Source of the DNA: the human T2T-CHM13v2.0 reference genome, Homo sapiens
Direction: 5' to 3' (one strand)
DNA length: 64,000 nucleotides
Assembly (NCBI RefSeq): GCF_009914755.1
Contig: NC_060928.1
Shown: positions 1 through 15,449 of the stretch, piece after piece
How positions within the stretch are numbered: the stretch's first letter is position 1
Layout of the letters: each line of letters begins with the position of its first letter
Program-made: the position numbers and the translations under genes
Notes under the pieces: model-generated
The model's database searches: none
What the model was told of the DNA's origin: nothing
What the model saw: the letters and a program-made list of their open reading frames with translations, nothing else

Positions 1-480
1 AATAAACTGTGATCTGTTTGTACCTCCAGGTGAACATGGTTGTTTTGACCTTATTGAAGTTTACACCTTTACCTGTTAGTGTCCTTTATCTTCTAACATC
101 TATTGTTGCCTTTGAAAAATCTGTTGGGAATTTTCTAAGTCTGATCATTCGTAAGGTAACTTTTCTTTTTAGGTTATGGGTTGTTTTTCTTATCCCTTAT
201 CTTTTTCTTTCTTCTCTGCCTTTTACTGGTATATATCTAGAAATATATTTTAAAATACTTTTCCAGACTTCATAAGTTTTTATAATATGAGATTATATGT
301 TTCATCAACTCTGAAATATCCTCAGTCATTCTTTTCTTTGAATACTGTCTTCCTAATTCTCTTTATTGTATCCTTCTGGAATTCTTTTCCAAAGATTCTC
401 TGGACATTCTCATTTCTTCTCCATGTCTCTCCAATTTTCTTATATTTTCTTTATTTCTCGATCTTTCCTTCTAAGCAAAG
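1..480 (-). mobile_element. Old L1M fragment (ORF1 region, antisense)
   Basis: T-rich sequence with 'tctattgttgcctttgaaaaatctg...' resembling the reverse complement of L1M ORF1; highly diverged. Confidence 0.45.
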
Positions 481-2299
481 CTTGTGAAAATTAATGCTAT
501 TCTCTTTCATGGGCTCTTACCCTGGGATGTCAGTTATATAGAAAAAAAAAGCAATATTCAAGAACGAGAATCTATTCTTGGTCTTTGGAGATCAAGTCAG
601 TGTTAATTTAAATATGAGTTTATTGGCCCTATTTTCCTTCAGATTTAGAGGGATCTGTGATTCTTTTCAATGCTGCGGCAATGTGTAACTTTCCTAGCCG
701 GAAAACAGTGCACTTTTCCCTGAAAATGATAACTCAACTCTCCATAATGTCTCTTTCTAGTATCAAAATTACATGGTATATAAGTTCCACAGAAGGGTAA
801 ATATGTAAGTAATAGCATACAATCTTAATGATTTTAATCTTATTGAAACACTTATGCAAGTTAAAATTTTAGTTTTGCTCTTGCTTGTAATTTTGTGGCA
901 AATTTTCTCCATTTTTTTCTAGATTTGAATGGAATTTAAAAATATCCCTAAACTGTTACTTTATGATTAAGAATATGATCATTGAGGGCAAACAAGAAGA
1001 GATGATTTTACACTATTGTCATGAGGCAATTTTTCAAAAGACAATTTTTAATGAATCAGCAATTGCTGTTTTGATACTATAAAAGATGCAATGTTTAAGA
1101 TATAACTCGCTTTTCAGGAAGTTCATGAGGACCTTCAATTAATACAGTAAGAACAAACTAATAAGACATAAGATGTTTAGGAAAAGAAATATGCCTCTTG
1201 AGTTCTCATCAGATATACTTTTAACAGAGTTACAAAAAAAGAAAACCTTAAATTCCTTCATGTGCATAATGAAACACTAACGATGTTATCCTTGAGAAGA
1301 TATTTTTTCTGTGGAATGTATCCATATGGCCTTCAAATTCTTGAACACCCTACAATGACATTCTAATCGAAGAACAACAGAAGAGAGGTCAAAGAAAATA
1401 AAGCTTTAAATAGTCCAAGAAATTTCCCACATTTTAACCTTCATCTGTAGCCTCCATTTTTTTACCCCTTCTCTCAGTTTCCCCATACAAGGTTATCTGA
1501 GGGTTTTTCCCCACTGCTTCCCACCTTTTTCCTCTTCTGCTTTATCCTGTTTAAGCTACAATGTCTAATGTCTACAGTTCTGGGTACATATTGTGAGACA
1601 TATATATGTTGATTTTTCTTTCACAGTGCAAAGTATCTAAATAGAAGAAGCTATTTTTGCAGGAATGATATGGCCTTTTGCTTTCTGTTCCCTGGTCAAC
1701 TCAAAGTAAAGATAGAGAGCTCCATTAAATCTCTTTTTAATCGTGTAAGTGCCCTGATGCAATTGTCTCACAATACAAAACCATTATGTTAGACATAAAT
1801 TAAGGCATACACAAGACATTACAATGGTATTTAAAGTGAAATATTTATGAAGTGATTTAAATACTAATGACACAGCATTCCTAAAGGAGTCCTAAAGGAC
1901 AAGAACATTCCACACCAGCATTTTAGTCCCTCAGTCTGTTGCATGTTGCATATATTGTTTCTCATTACTCAAGTTTGTAGAAATGTAACCAGGAGATAGA
2001 AGAGAAAAAGAGCTTGTGGGGAATGAAGAATTATATTTGAAGGACATGCCCTCTCTTTTTACCCTTGAATATTAATACCAAGTCCGACTTTACATGGTTT
2101 ACATAAGAAGCTCCTTAGCTCCTTGTGCAGTAATTCCAACTATCCCAGACACAGTCTTCACCTTTATATTGGAAAGAATGTTTCCTGCTCTAAATGACTG
2201 TAAACAAACCAGCTTAATCCTGCCGTTCTTCAAATCCAACTTATTTGCAGCTCTCTATCCCGCCGTTCTTAGGACGCTGGTAATCAAGTTCCTCATTAT

Positions 2300-2612
2300 T
2301 GAGTTCTAGTCGTCACATGCAGAAACTACAATGTCCAGAAAAGACAAACACATTCCTTTCTGTATGTACCTGTTTTATCAATGAGAAAATCTTTCCCAGA
2401 TGCCCTCCAGCAGACCTCACCTGATTCCCATTGGCTAGGTTTAGGTCACATGTGCATGTGATCTTATCCAGTAATGATCCAACTCCTAGTGGGACGGTTT
2501 TCCTGTGCACATGGATCAGTAGATGGCAATTAATCACACAAAACCAGGACTATTGCCAATAAAAAGAAGAGGGCTGGGGAGGCTTCTAATCAGAAACCTG
2601 ACTATACCTGCC
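2300..2612 (-). mobile_element. MLT1 (ERVL-MaLR) LTR fragment, MLT1K/L-like
   Basis: 'tttcccagatgccctccagcagacctc...cattggctagg...ggtcacatg' motif typical of antisense MLT1; similar to the copy at 47060-47856. Confidence 0.55.
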
Positions 2613-3309
2613 ATAACCCCCGAGCATTTTTCTAAAATTAAGTAAAATAATCCAAAAGAGAAAATAGAAATTCATAAAACTTAATTAATACTATTTCCAC
2701 CATTGGTCACTGTATAGTCTCCTAAGGCATTACTGTTCATTTATTCTTTATTTACTCACAGCTCTAACATGTGGTAAATTGATGTCTTAAAACTTTTAAC
2801 ATTTGAAACAGCAATATGAAGATGAGATGAAACAGACTAAAGCAAACATCTTACTGTACCAAATAAAATTGGATCAAATTTACAAGCCCAGATTAAAATG
2901 TTAACAAAGAAATAATATAACAAAAGGGTCATTTTGCACAGGACAGGGATGAATGTTGCTTTGTACTGCAATAGCTCTTTAGCTATCACTGCATAAAAAT
3001 CAAATGTAATGTTCGATGCTCTAGATAATACTTCTAAAATATATAGAGATATATATTTCAGTCAGTTTTGAACATTGTTTTGAACATTGTGATAAAGAAG
3101 GGAGAGCAAATTTCAAGACTAAATATTACAAGAAGATATAATTTAATGTTTAAATTTGAAGGAAAAAACTACATTTTATTGGATAACTCCTCACTGCTTG
3201 GTTGATGATCTCATTTAAAATATGTGTATTGTGACTAAAATATAAAGCAGACAAAATCTACCACTGGGACTACTTTAAGAGTATGTGAGTAGACATACTT
3301 CATTAATGA

Positions 3310-3466
3310 ATGCTATTACACTTAGTAATTAAAAAATGAAAACAAAAAAGATGTAATATTTTGATGTGATTCTCTTTAAATATTTTCATGTATGCTATTA
3401 TACTTAGTAAATCAAAATGAAAATGAAAAGAAAAAATGTAATATTTTGATGTGATTCTTTTTAAAT
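3310..3466. repeat. Local tandem duplication, about 80-bp unit x2
   Basis: 'atgctatta(c/t)acttagtaa...atgtaatattttgatgtgattct(c/t)tttaaat' starts at both 3310 and 3392. Confidence 0.85.
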
Positions 3467-4974
3467 TGGTTGTTTTAGCTTTCATTCAAATGAAATGTTT
3501 TCGATACTGAAAAACAAAGATTTTCTCTAAGCAATATAATTAAATTCATAAGATAAATAATTTCAATAATTATCTCTTAAAATATCAACATCTCATATTT
3601 CAGAGCTCTCGCATTTTAGAGATTGAATATTGTAAATGTAACTATGCAAATCGACTTAAGTATTAAAAACAGTATCAAAAATAGTAAGATCTTCAAGGTA
3701 TGATAGGTTACGTTCTCTGGATAACAAAATTATTGTTTTAAATGACTGACTAGAAAAAGGGTTAATATTTGCATTACATAAACAGAAGATGCCATTAAAT
3801 CATTTTCATATTATTATTTGAATGAAGTCAGAGTATATATAAATTGAAACTCCCTGAAAGAAGGCTGTGTTGGGACACTGAGAATGTGGCCCAACCAAAA
3901 CTTATGTGAAGAAAGTGATTGAATGCTCCTGTAGAACTATTCAAGTAGTTAATATCCTACATCAGTACATCTGAAGAATATTTTTGTCTATCTAACTTCA
4001 CTGATCATTGGCAGAACTTAAAACAGTTACTCTGTTAATGTTAAAAAGATAAAAGATCTGAAGTCAATTTTGAGCTAAATAATTCATTGGTGTGGCTGAG
4101 TTACTCATGATTTTTGATTCTTTAGTTTTGTTTTTGTTTTTTCTTTTTTCTCTTGACAGCAAAAGGAGTGGGTTGAGCTAACTGGTCTCTCTTCTGCTTT
4201 GTCTTACACTGTATTTGAATGTTTTAGTTATTTTGTTAGAGCTCAAACATTCAAAGACAGTGTAAGAAAAACAGAAGGTCTAAACATTAGTCATGTTATA
4301 CATAGATATTTATGCAATATATACATGTATTTAGAACTGAATAAGGCTTGTAAGTTTTTATTCCATATCACTTATTTATTGGGATTCATTATGAATATCT
4401 GATAAATTAGTTAATAACTAGTTAAGAAAAGAATAAAAGAATTTTAAAATCTAGTCTATCAACTGTGAAGAAGAAAAAGAAAAATATACGGCTGATCTAT
4501 ATCCCTTTTGAAGTTAGTATGCAGGAAAAAACTTTAAACTCCAAAATATCTTTACAAGGAGAAATCTATTAAGTCACAATATATTGTATGTATGTCAATC
4601 TCTCTATACATTATCGGTCTAAGCAATGCCTTGTAACTTGTTGGAATTATGCATATATGTTTTCAAATATACCATTTCTTCTGCCATTCAAAATGAGACT
4701 TTAATGTAGTTAGTAATTCTTCTCCCCATACAGAGAAATACTATTAGGCTGAAATCATGTAAATGCCTTATCCAATGTTAAGTTGCTCCCTCCTTCTATA
4801 GTATTTTGAATTAGGAAGTGATAGTATTTGTGCAATATATGATTAAATCCAATCATTGAATACAAGCCATATACCTCAAGGCAAAGAACAGAGAAAAAAT
4901 AAGTTATAAATTGTTTTCCATTTGACCTGCAGAATTATAAGGTAATGAAAGAGCAAACTCATTAAGAGATCACT

Positions 4975-5145
4975 TTATATAAGAGACAGGACTGTGCACT
5001 TTACATTAATAATCTAATTCTTATAACAGAATCTAGGAAATAGGCATCATCATTTTCCGCATTTTACAGATAAGATATCTAAGATTCAGAGAGGCTGTGA
5101 TATTAACTTCCTTAGGGTTATATAGTAAGTCAGGTAGATTTTACC
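4975..5145 (-). mobile_element. MIR SINE
   Basis: Core 'cattttacagataagatatctaagattcagagagg' is the antisense MIR core. Confidence 0.65.
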
Positions 5146-5316
5146 TTTTCAAGAAAGTTCATTGTTTACTCTAACTTTAGATTTAGAAAATTGCAATTTA
5201 TAATCGGATAGGCCACACAAGTGCATTTTTAAGGGTCTAGAACCCTTACCATATTTCTGAAGGAAATCCATGATGTATATGTAGATATAAATATAGATAT
5301 GGATATAGATATACTG

Positions 5317-5520
5317 AGAGTGAGGGAGAAAGGTGGGAGAGAAAGAAGAAGGGAGGAAGAAGGAGCAGGGAGAGAAAGGAGAGAGAGAAATGAGAAAGGC
5401 AGAGAAGTAACAGGAAGAAAAGAGAAGGGAAGGCAAGGGGAGGAGAGGAAGGGAGAGAAAGAAAACGGGAAAGGAGAGGAAGGGGAAAAGACAGAAAAAA
5501 AAGGAGGGGATGAAAGCAGA
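5317..5520. repeat. GA-rich polypurine low-complexity tract
   Basis: About 200 bp of almost only A and G on the + strand. Confidence 0.9.
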
Positions 5521-7729
5521 TGACTAATATGGAATTTTCACGTGCAAAAAGGAAGAAAAAGTCACATGGTGAAGAAAACATAGAGTAGATTTGGAACAGG
5601 AAAATTGTAACTCAGTGTCAGGGAAGCCCAGAAAGTACAGCTATTTCTGAAATGAAGACATCTAGACCTTTACATGGTTACATTTGTTTCTTAATTTGTT
5701 TCAGTCTAGAGCATTTCTTTTCAGTTTCTTTAATTCTTTTGCATATTTTCAGCATTAAATATTTCCTAACACTTTTCAGCATTAAATTTTTCCTAACATT
5801 TTGCCTCTATTTTCCCCTGCTACTCTTCTGTTTTGAAAACTTTCAAAGCGCCCTTATAGACTGACAGAATAAACTCCAAATGACTTAGCTTGCATTTGAA
5901 GACCTTCAAAATCTGCCTCAAAACTATTTTTTAGTTAGATCCCAGGACTGTTTATCACTAGGACCGAATAAATAGAACATTTTTATATATTTCCAAAAAC
6001 ATAGCACGTTTTGAAAATTTCAAAAATTATTTATATTTTAAAAATATTCTTAGTTTCATAAATTTTTATTTTAAAAAATACACTTATCACAATGAGAAAA
6101 TGTTATCTCCGGAAGTAGTGTGTCATATTTTCAGTAAATAGACAGATTTAATTAATCCAGATAAAGGAGAGATAAGGGTACAGCTCCTTTGTAATTTTAG
6201 ATTCACCACAGAATAGCTCAAAGGTTTATGCTCAATGAATAATGAACTTTGTATTTTGCCTCTTTTGAGATCTCAATACTGGTAGGAAACTATATTCTAT
6301 GGATCCATTTCTTATGTTTTAAATTCGTATGCACATGATCTTATTTTATCATGGGTTGTTGGCAAAATAAAAGAAATCTACGGCTCTTCATACTCTTCCT
6401 GCAAAAATGCTCTTGAAACAGCTGCAGAATACCAATAATTATCTTGGTCAGTTCCAGTGTAGCAAAGTCAGGCAGCTAACATTTATCTCCTTGGCTAACA
6501 AGTAGCCTGCATAATGAAATGTAAAATAGAGTTGCTCTCTCTTACACCCAAGACTGGCTCATCCTCTTTGCCTGGATAAAAAGGAACTTTCAAGTACAAA
6601 CAGCTGAGGGTTTGTCACAGCTGTAGAACAACAACTCTGGTGGATACTAAACCACGCTCCAACCACAGATTTTCATTTAAATATAGCTGCAAAAATTGAC
6701 ATCTGACGATATGGACAAAAGATTTCAAATAATCTATATTAAACCCTATTGAAATCCATCTGTTACCAGGTGTTATAATGAAAATATTTCTGTAAAATTT
6801 CTTAGATAATATGATAATATAATACTTTTTGAAAAATACTTCTTTTCTATAAACATGTTGATGTCAAATAAAATAATCTGAAGTTTTGCTCTTCAGAAGA
6901 ACTCTTGTCCATGCTAAAACAAGCTGATAAAATATCAGCACAAATTATATTTCTGTGAGGCAGTATAAGCAATTGAAGGGAATCAGGTATTGACTGGCTG
7001 CAGAAAGCACAGACACAATTATCTTAGGGAAACCGTACATTGATACAGAGTCCCGAAAAGAATGCAGGCATGGAATGGAGTGAGGGGGATAAAAATATAA
7101 TAGCTCCTTTTCAGTGGCTTTGGGTAAAAGTTACATAGCATTGTTGAAGAAACCCTTGGCTTTTCTACATTCTGTGGAATACAGTACCCTGCACTTGGGG
7201 ACAAAGGAAGGAAAAAAAAGCATAGATTTTGTCCTTATGGGATTTACAACTGTATTAAAGAAGCCAAGTTTTTCATTTAAGAATATATTTATCTATATTA
7301 AAGAATAAAATAGATAGTAAATGAAAATCAGCTACCATATAACAGGAATTATATATTTTAATTTTATACATATATAATTAGTGAGGAATAACAGATTGTC
7401 AAACTGATTCCTTAAAGGAGGCAAACCTTGAACCTAATTATGAACATGAGTAGGCCCTGTTCCTCTGATTGTATCTGCTATGCCTTTCCCCCTTGCTCTC
7501 CAGGTTCCAGCCTCATTTGTTCTTGACTCTGTGTGCCATGGGTAACCCAGGAGCTGAGACAAAGGCCCTTGAAGTAATCAGACTTCTCAGGAGAGGGCAC
7601 TGCTCAGCTATGGCTGGTATCTTTAAAAGGATTTAAAAGGATTTTTAAAAGGTGGCTCTAGGAGTGCAGAAGAAAGCTGGAGTGTTGAAACTTACCTATT
7701 GTTGCTCACATCACCCCTCCAATTATCTC

Positions 7730-7830
7730 TATTGAGAATCAGAAAATCAAAACTCAGATAGGTTAAGCAGCTTGCCCAGGGCCCTAGACTAAGTTCCAAA
7801 CACCAGCCGTCGAGTTCCCTGGTTTACACT
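7730..7830 (-). mobile_element. MIR fragment
   Basis: 'aaaactcagataggttaagcagcttgcccaggg' antisense MIR core. Confidence 0.5.
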
Positions 7831-10069
7831 CAATCATGCTGGGCTAGATGTGTGGTTTTTCTAAACACATGCCATATAAGCTTTCTTGTATTGTCACATC
7901 TCAGATAGTTATTGATATCTGTGATATTAGATGTTATCTTGGGAATAGAGAGAGGATGAGTGCTATAATTGTCCCTAATACATTTCACCACTACATTTTA
8001 GCATTTCTCACAAGACAGTTGTTAGTAACCGTCGGACTTTGGAATAAAGTGCTACCTGAATCAAGAGTTAGTGCAATGCTGAAGGCTTTGACTTAAGACT
8101 GTCAGGTCAGAAAGGTATTTTTTGTCAAATTATTATAATAGTGCTCCAAACTTAAAAAGAAGCTAATTTACTTCCAATGAGAAGCTGAAGCCATATTTGT
8201 TACAACTGTTAATTGCTTTTTTAACCCTTTAGTAAATCATTAGTATGGATTTAGGCTATTCACAAATCAGGAACTAAATTGCAATTCAGGGAGTTACTGC
8301 CAGAAATGTGTCTCAGTTATAAAAATAAATACAATTTTCATTACAGGAAAAAACATGTTTATAATTCTACATTTAAAAAATAAGAGAAGTGAATAAGGTG
8401 ACCTTAATTTAAATGCTATAAATAATACCAACATGGACTGACATGACATCCCATAATACCTTTATGCAATTTTTTCTTATATTATTAATGTTTTTTGTGT
8501 GTATATGTATGGTGTAGATAAGGATAATTTTAGTCTCAACTTTGAAAAGCATTGAAAATGAGATTTATTGACCATACTTTATGTTATGTCTACATTCACA
8601 AAAGGTGAAAATTACTTCATAAAATCTAATCTCTACTTATTCTCTCTTGATCCCTATTTATCTCTGTTATGGTAGGATGCTTTCACATTGGATGATTATA
8701 AATACTTAATAGCAGCTTTTAGGCAAGTTATTTTGAATTTGTAGCATACATTTTGTAAAATACCTGAGCATTAAGCCAATAAAGCATGCTTCACTTCTAA
8801 TAAATAATTAACCGATGTTATAGGTAAACTTAGTAATCAACTATTTAAATTATTAATAAATAGTAGATTAATGGATTTACACATTAATACAGTCATCCCA
8901 CTCTATTACTTACTCCTTCCAATGTTATATGTATTTGTCTCAGCCCATTAAATGCTTGTAAATGAAGAATACATATATATATAATTCCATGTTTTGTACA
9001 TCAAATTACTTATTAAATATATGTGTAATATATTTAAATTATTGTTTAAGAAACTTTCAACCTATATTTTATAAATGTTTTCTTTTTTTCAATACTTTGC
9101 ACATTAAAGATTCAATAACGTGTGGGTTAGGGAAACCCTATAATAATAAAGAGAATACAATGAATTTATATAGCATTTTTTATAAGATGCTCACAGTACT
9201 TTCAGTATATTATCTCATTTGTCCTCACTGACTTTTATTAAAAAATTGTGGGGGTGACATCTCATTTATTCTCGCAACATGTTTATTGAAAAGCTTTTGT
9301 ATTTCTCCTGTAAACTAGTAAGTTTTGTTACCCTTGAAAACCAATTTTTGTCAATATTGTTGGATAGATTGACCAGTTTTCAATCAATATTTTTACATAA
9401 ATATACATACCATGTCAGAAACAGGAAGCAATTAAAAAGTAACTGTTTTGACGCTATGTCTTTCTGTTCTTAAAATTTTTCTTCTCTTTCATTTAGCATC
9501 TTCACTCTTTCTCTAAATAGTTGCCAACATAATCTGAAATACAGTGTACTTCTCTATCAGCCCGAATATATTCTTTAACCTACCCCATTTTCCTCTTTTC
9601 ATCTTTCAAAGCCCTTCCTCCAGAAGATAAATATCTTTTGGTAAGGAGTCTATTCCTGTACGGTATTCTCCTCAGCCCTCTACAAAAGCTTACATCATCT
9701 GTTCTTGTTTTGCTGTACATCTTTCTATTCTGATTACTTTCCTTGGTAATGAACTTGAACATTTCTATCAATTTCAGATGCAGAAAAGAAGCCTAAAAAT
9801 CAGTTATTTCTTTGCCAGTTTTTTAAAAAATAATTTTTAAAAACATTACATTTATCCCCCATGGAACATTTACCTCTACTCATATCCAGGTTTTTGTATC
9901 TATTTATCTCTCTCCTGACTTTATTAGTAATTATTTCCAATAATTGAAATTATTTATTATGTACTTTGGATAAATAAATGTGTCCTGAACTCGTAAATTC
10001 TTTGAGGAGATAAATTCTCTTCAAAAATGTTTAATTCTTATTCTTGCAAATATTCTCAATATACAAGGT

Positions 10070-10376
<307 letters not shown>

Positions 10377-10619
10377 TCAATATACAGTTTTTGATATAAG
10401 ACTCAGTGTGCCCATTTTAAGCTGCCAGAGTTTCACTGAGGGTGTTCTGACTTAAAGCATTTTGCCAACAGTTTTATTCTTGTTATATCGCTGTCCTAGA
10501 TTCTAGAGCTCAATTATTACATATTTTCTCTTATAGTCTTTTGTATCTTACATTCTCACATCATATTTCCAAAGGTAGAGTATATGCAGTCAGCTCGAAC
10601 CACAGCTTCTGCCCCTTTC

Positions 10620-10840
10620 ATTCACCTATTTACCTCTTGCTCTCCATTAAGTCTCAATTTAGCTATCATTTCTTCTACAAAACCCACTCTGGCACTTTCA
10701 ATGGACTCTGTATTTTCTGGGTCACAACCTTTCTCATGCTGAACTCAAATAAGTAGTGACAGATTTAATCCTAGCATCTAGAATTGTACCTGGCTCACTG
10801 TAAGTGCCAGGATATATTTACCGATTGAATAAACGAACGT
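10620..10840 (+). mobile_element. L2 3' end fragment
   Basis: 'cctagcatctagaattgtacctggctcactgtaagtgcc...ttgaataaacgaa' resembles the L2 3' terminus. Confidence 0.6.
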
Positions 10841-12146
10841 GCTAAATTCCTTTCAGATGACATATTAAGAAAAGCACTTTGCTTAAGGAGTTTGCAAATT
10901 TCTGCTAGTTTTACTACATGTTCAGCATGAAAATGTTAATTTCTGAAAATACAGAGCTGTTTTACTTATCTGTGTATTCCCTGCAGCGTCTATTATGGTA
11001 TTTTACACACAGTTGATTTTAAAATATTCAATATGTATAAATATATAAACATATGTTTAATTTACCTATAAATATATTTAATAATGTTTAATTTACATAT
11101 AAATATATAAGCTTATACTTGATTTTAAAATGTTAAATGGAGAAGTGCCAATATCATATGGAAACTTATTACATTAGCTAAGAGTACAAACTCTTGTTTC
11201 TGTATGTGTGTGAGAAGCATGTTTTTGTTTTCCCCAGATCTAGTTTTGATATGTTATTTTATTTTTGTTTATGATCTAAACTTTAGACTGATTCTCATGT
11301 ATCCCTCATGAAGTTTTGAGAAAACCAGTTCATCAATTTGCAGTGAAAAATGCAATCTAGCACAGAATAATTAAATTAGCACAATCTCTTCAGCTTATTT
11401 CTGTAAAGAGATTTCAATAAAAGCCACACTATAATCAAAACATACCTTGATAGTATGAATACGAATAGGAATAAGAAGTCAAAAGCAAAAAACTGCTTAT
11501 TTTCAGTACCAACACGCAGTGTTGTATTCATCTTTCCAGCAAGGATGCTGGCACTGGACCTGAAGTTACCGCGGCAGAATTCAGAGCTCTTTGAAATTAG
11601 CTTGAAGAGCGCTATGCTGCTATATCTAACATATTCAACTCATCAAAGTAATCTACAAGCAGATTTTAAGTATTCAGACTCAAAATACAAAAGAAGAAGG
11701 CGCCTGTTTGTGTTCCTGACTTGCCTACATGGTAGTATAGAGTTTGTAGATTTAAGAATGTTAGAGTATAAAAGAATATTCAAATTGCTTCAAACAAAGG
11801 GTTTCCTCAAGGGGAGTCACATAAAGAATTTAATGGAGAAAAACTTTTAAGTTGAAATAAAATTGGCAGCAATTATTTTTATCAAAGAGAATGCAGGCTG
11901 ACATCAGCGTCAATTTCTTTACACAGGAAGACCTCTGCGCACACAGTCATTTGGGTGAACCAAACAGGAAGAGAGAAAAATAATGCAAATCAGAGTGAAA
12001 GAACAGAGATAAGTAAATCATCTCACCAACAAAGTGAAACGCCATTACTCTATAAAACTTAACTGGTGACAAACACCCGTCTTTGGCAAACAAGTAGAGT
12101 TTGAATTCAAATATGAACTTTGAGAATTTGCAGATAAAATCGGTAG

Positions 12147-12565
12147 CGTGAAAGGAAAATAAATCTCGGGACCCCAAACTCAGTAAGTCAAAGGGAAAAG
12201 TTAGGCTGGGAACTGGGTCACACAAACCTACCTCCCCTTTTGGTTCCTAAATAAGAGGGCTGCAAGATGAAAAGCAACATGCTTCCCCTGTGTTTTGTCC
12301 CCAAGGAAATTCCTAGTGAGCTCCAAAATCTTTACCCTAAGCTGTTTCTGTTAAAAGTTCACCGTGGCAGTGTAGATTGATAACTTATCTTTACAGGTGC
12401 AGTTACCCCCCTACCCACCAGATACAAATGCACATCTGATTGCTCCCCTGCCCCATTTTGTCTATGTTGTCTTATGTAAAAATGCAGAGTCCCTGAATAT
12501 TTCCTCTGCCCCATATGTCTATGTCATCTTACGTAAAAAATACAGATTCAATCATAAACAAAAGG
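12147..12565 (+). mobile_element. MER4A-family ERV1 LTR, 3'-truncated
   Basis: Begins 'gtgaaaggaaaataaatctcggaccccaaactcagtaagtcaaagggaaaagttaggctgggaactgggtcac', the MER4A/A1 5' end. Confidence 0.85.
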
Positions 12566-12689
12566 TATCTAGAGCCATGGAGGAAAAGGCAGGAGCCCCC
12601 ATACAGAATTTCTCCATGATTTTTTTTTCAGGAAGAGAAGCCTTAAAATGCTGGGGAAGGGCAAGAATCACTGTCTTCCTGGAAACACT

Positions 12690-12828
12690 CTCAAAACCAA
12701 AGCCAAAGAGAATATTGAGGACAGCCAGAAAAAAAAAGACACACTATATGAATATAAAACAATTCCTTTTTTTGTCAGAAGTCAGGTGAGCCAGAAAATA
12801 ACTTAAAATGAACTCACAGCTTTAAAGT

Positions 12829-12885
<57 letters not shown>

Positions 12886-13889
12886 AAAAGGAAGGAAGGG
12901 AGGAAGGGAGGGAGGGAGGGAGGGAAAGAAAGAAAGAAGAAAGAAAAAGAAAGAAAGAGAAAGAAAGAAACAAAGAAAGAAAGAAAGGAAGAAAGAAAAA
13001 GGAAGAAAGAAAGAAAAGAGAAAGAAAGAGAAAGGGAAAGGAAAGGAAAGGAAGAAAAAGAAAGAAGAGGAAGAAGGGAACGAAGGAGGGAAGGAAGGAA
13101 GGAAGCGAGGGAGGAAGGAAGCGAGGGAGGATGGAAGGAACATAAACCAAGAACTCTATGCCACAGGGAAATAATTTTCAAAAATGAAAAAGAATCAAAG
13201 ATTGTCCAGACAAAATGGCATAACTGTCATCAGACATGATACTTCAAGAAATGTTAAAACTTCTCTGGCCAAGGAAATATAATCCAAACAGACACATAAA
13301 CATACACAAATAAATAAAGAGACCCAGAAGTAAATAAATGAAGATAGAGTAAACTTACTCTTTTGTCGTTGTTGCAGTAAAGTGTAATTGTCTATAAAAA
13401 ATACTTGTAATACATTGTATCGTGTTTCAATAGCACATGTAAAGTAAAATGTGTGACAAGAATAGCCTAAGAATAGGAGAGAGAATCTGGGACTCTCTTA
13501 TTATAAAGTCTTTACATGTGAAACAGTATAATGTTCCTTAAAAGTAGTCACTAATTAATAGTAAATGATGTAAAATCTAGGGTAACTATAGTAAAAATTT
13601 TAAAGAGGTATAAATAATAAGCCAATAGATGAAAAAAATGAATTATAAAAAATCCTTAAACCAAAAGAAGGCAAGTGGAAGCCGAAAAACAAAGGAGCTA
13701 GGAGAGCAAAACAATTCTGAAAAAGAAGAACAAGGAGAATTCAAACAATCTAACTTTCAAATTTACTATAAAGCTACAATAATCAAGAAAATGCAGTATT
13801 AGCAAAAAAAAAAAAAAAAATGGATATATATGGATTAATGAAACAAAATAGTCCTAAAATAGAGTCATGAAGATCTGGTCAACTGATTT

Positions 13890-13890
<1 letters not shown>
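12690..13890 (+). mobile_element. Old L1M (ORF1 and ORF2 pieces), interrupted by a GAAA/GGAA repeat
   Basis: 'aaaaccaaagccaaagagaatattgaggacagccagaaaaaa' is ORF1-like; 'caaaacaattctgaaaaagaagaacaa...tactataaagctacaataatcaag' is ORF2 3' region. Confidence 0.7.
12828..13140. repeat. Compound (GAAA)14/(GGAA)/(GGGA) microsatellite, about 310-bp polypurine tract
   Basis: Perfect GAAA run 12832-12887 followed by degenerate purine repeats. Confidence 0.97.
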
Positions 13891-15410
<1,520 letters not shown>

Positions 15411-15449
15411 TGAAAAATAAACCAAAAAAACCCAGCCAACCAAGTAACC

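Noticed and set aside
5149-5581. Overlapping F/S/L-rich and E/K/R-rich ORFs
   Set aside because: Artefacts of the GA-rich tract
11540-11580. Minus-strand 'gccgcggtaa' and 'gtgccagca', reminiscent of the SSU rRNA 530 loop
   Set aside because: The motifs are in the wrong order and the flanks have no rRNA similarity; chance match
11455-11850. 131-aa + strand ORF, the longest outside repeats
   Set aside because: No recognisable domain, composition typical of AT-rich non-coding DNA, and no supporting promoter or exon structure
12803-13181. Four overlapping ORFs of 109-119 aa
   Set aside because: Translations of the (GAAA)n/(GGAA)n microsatellite
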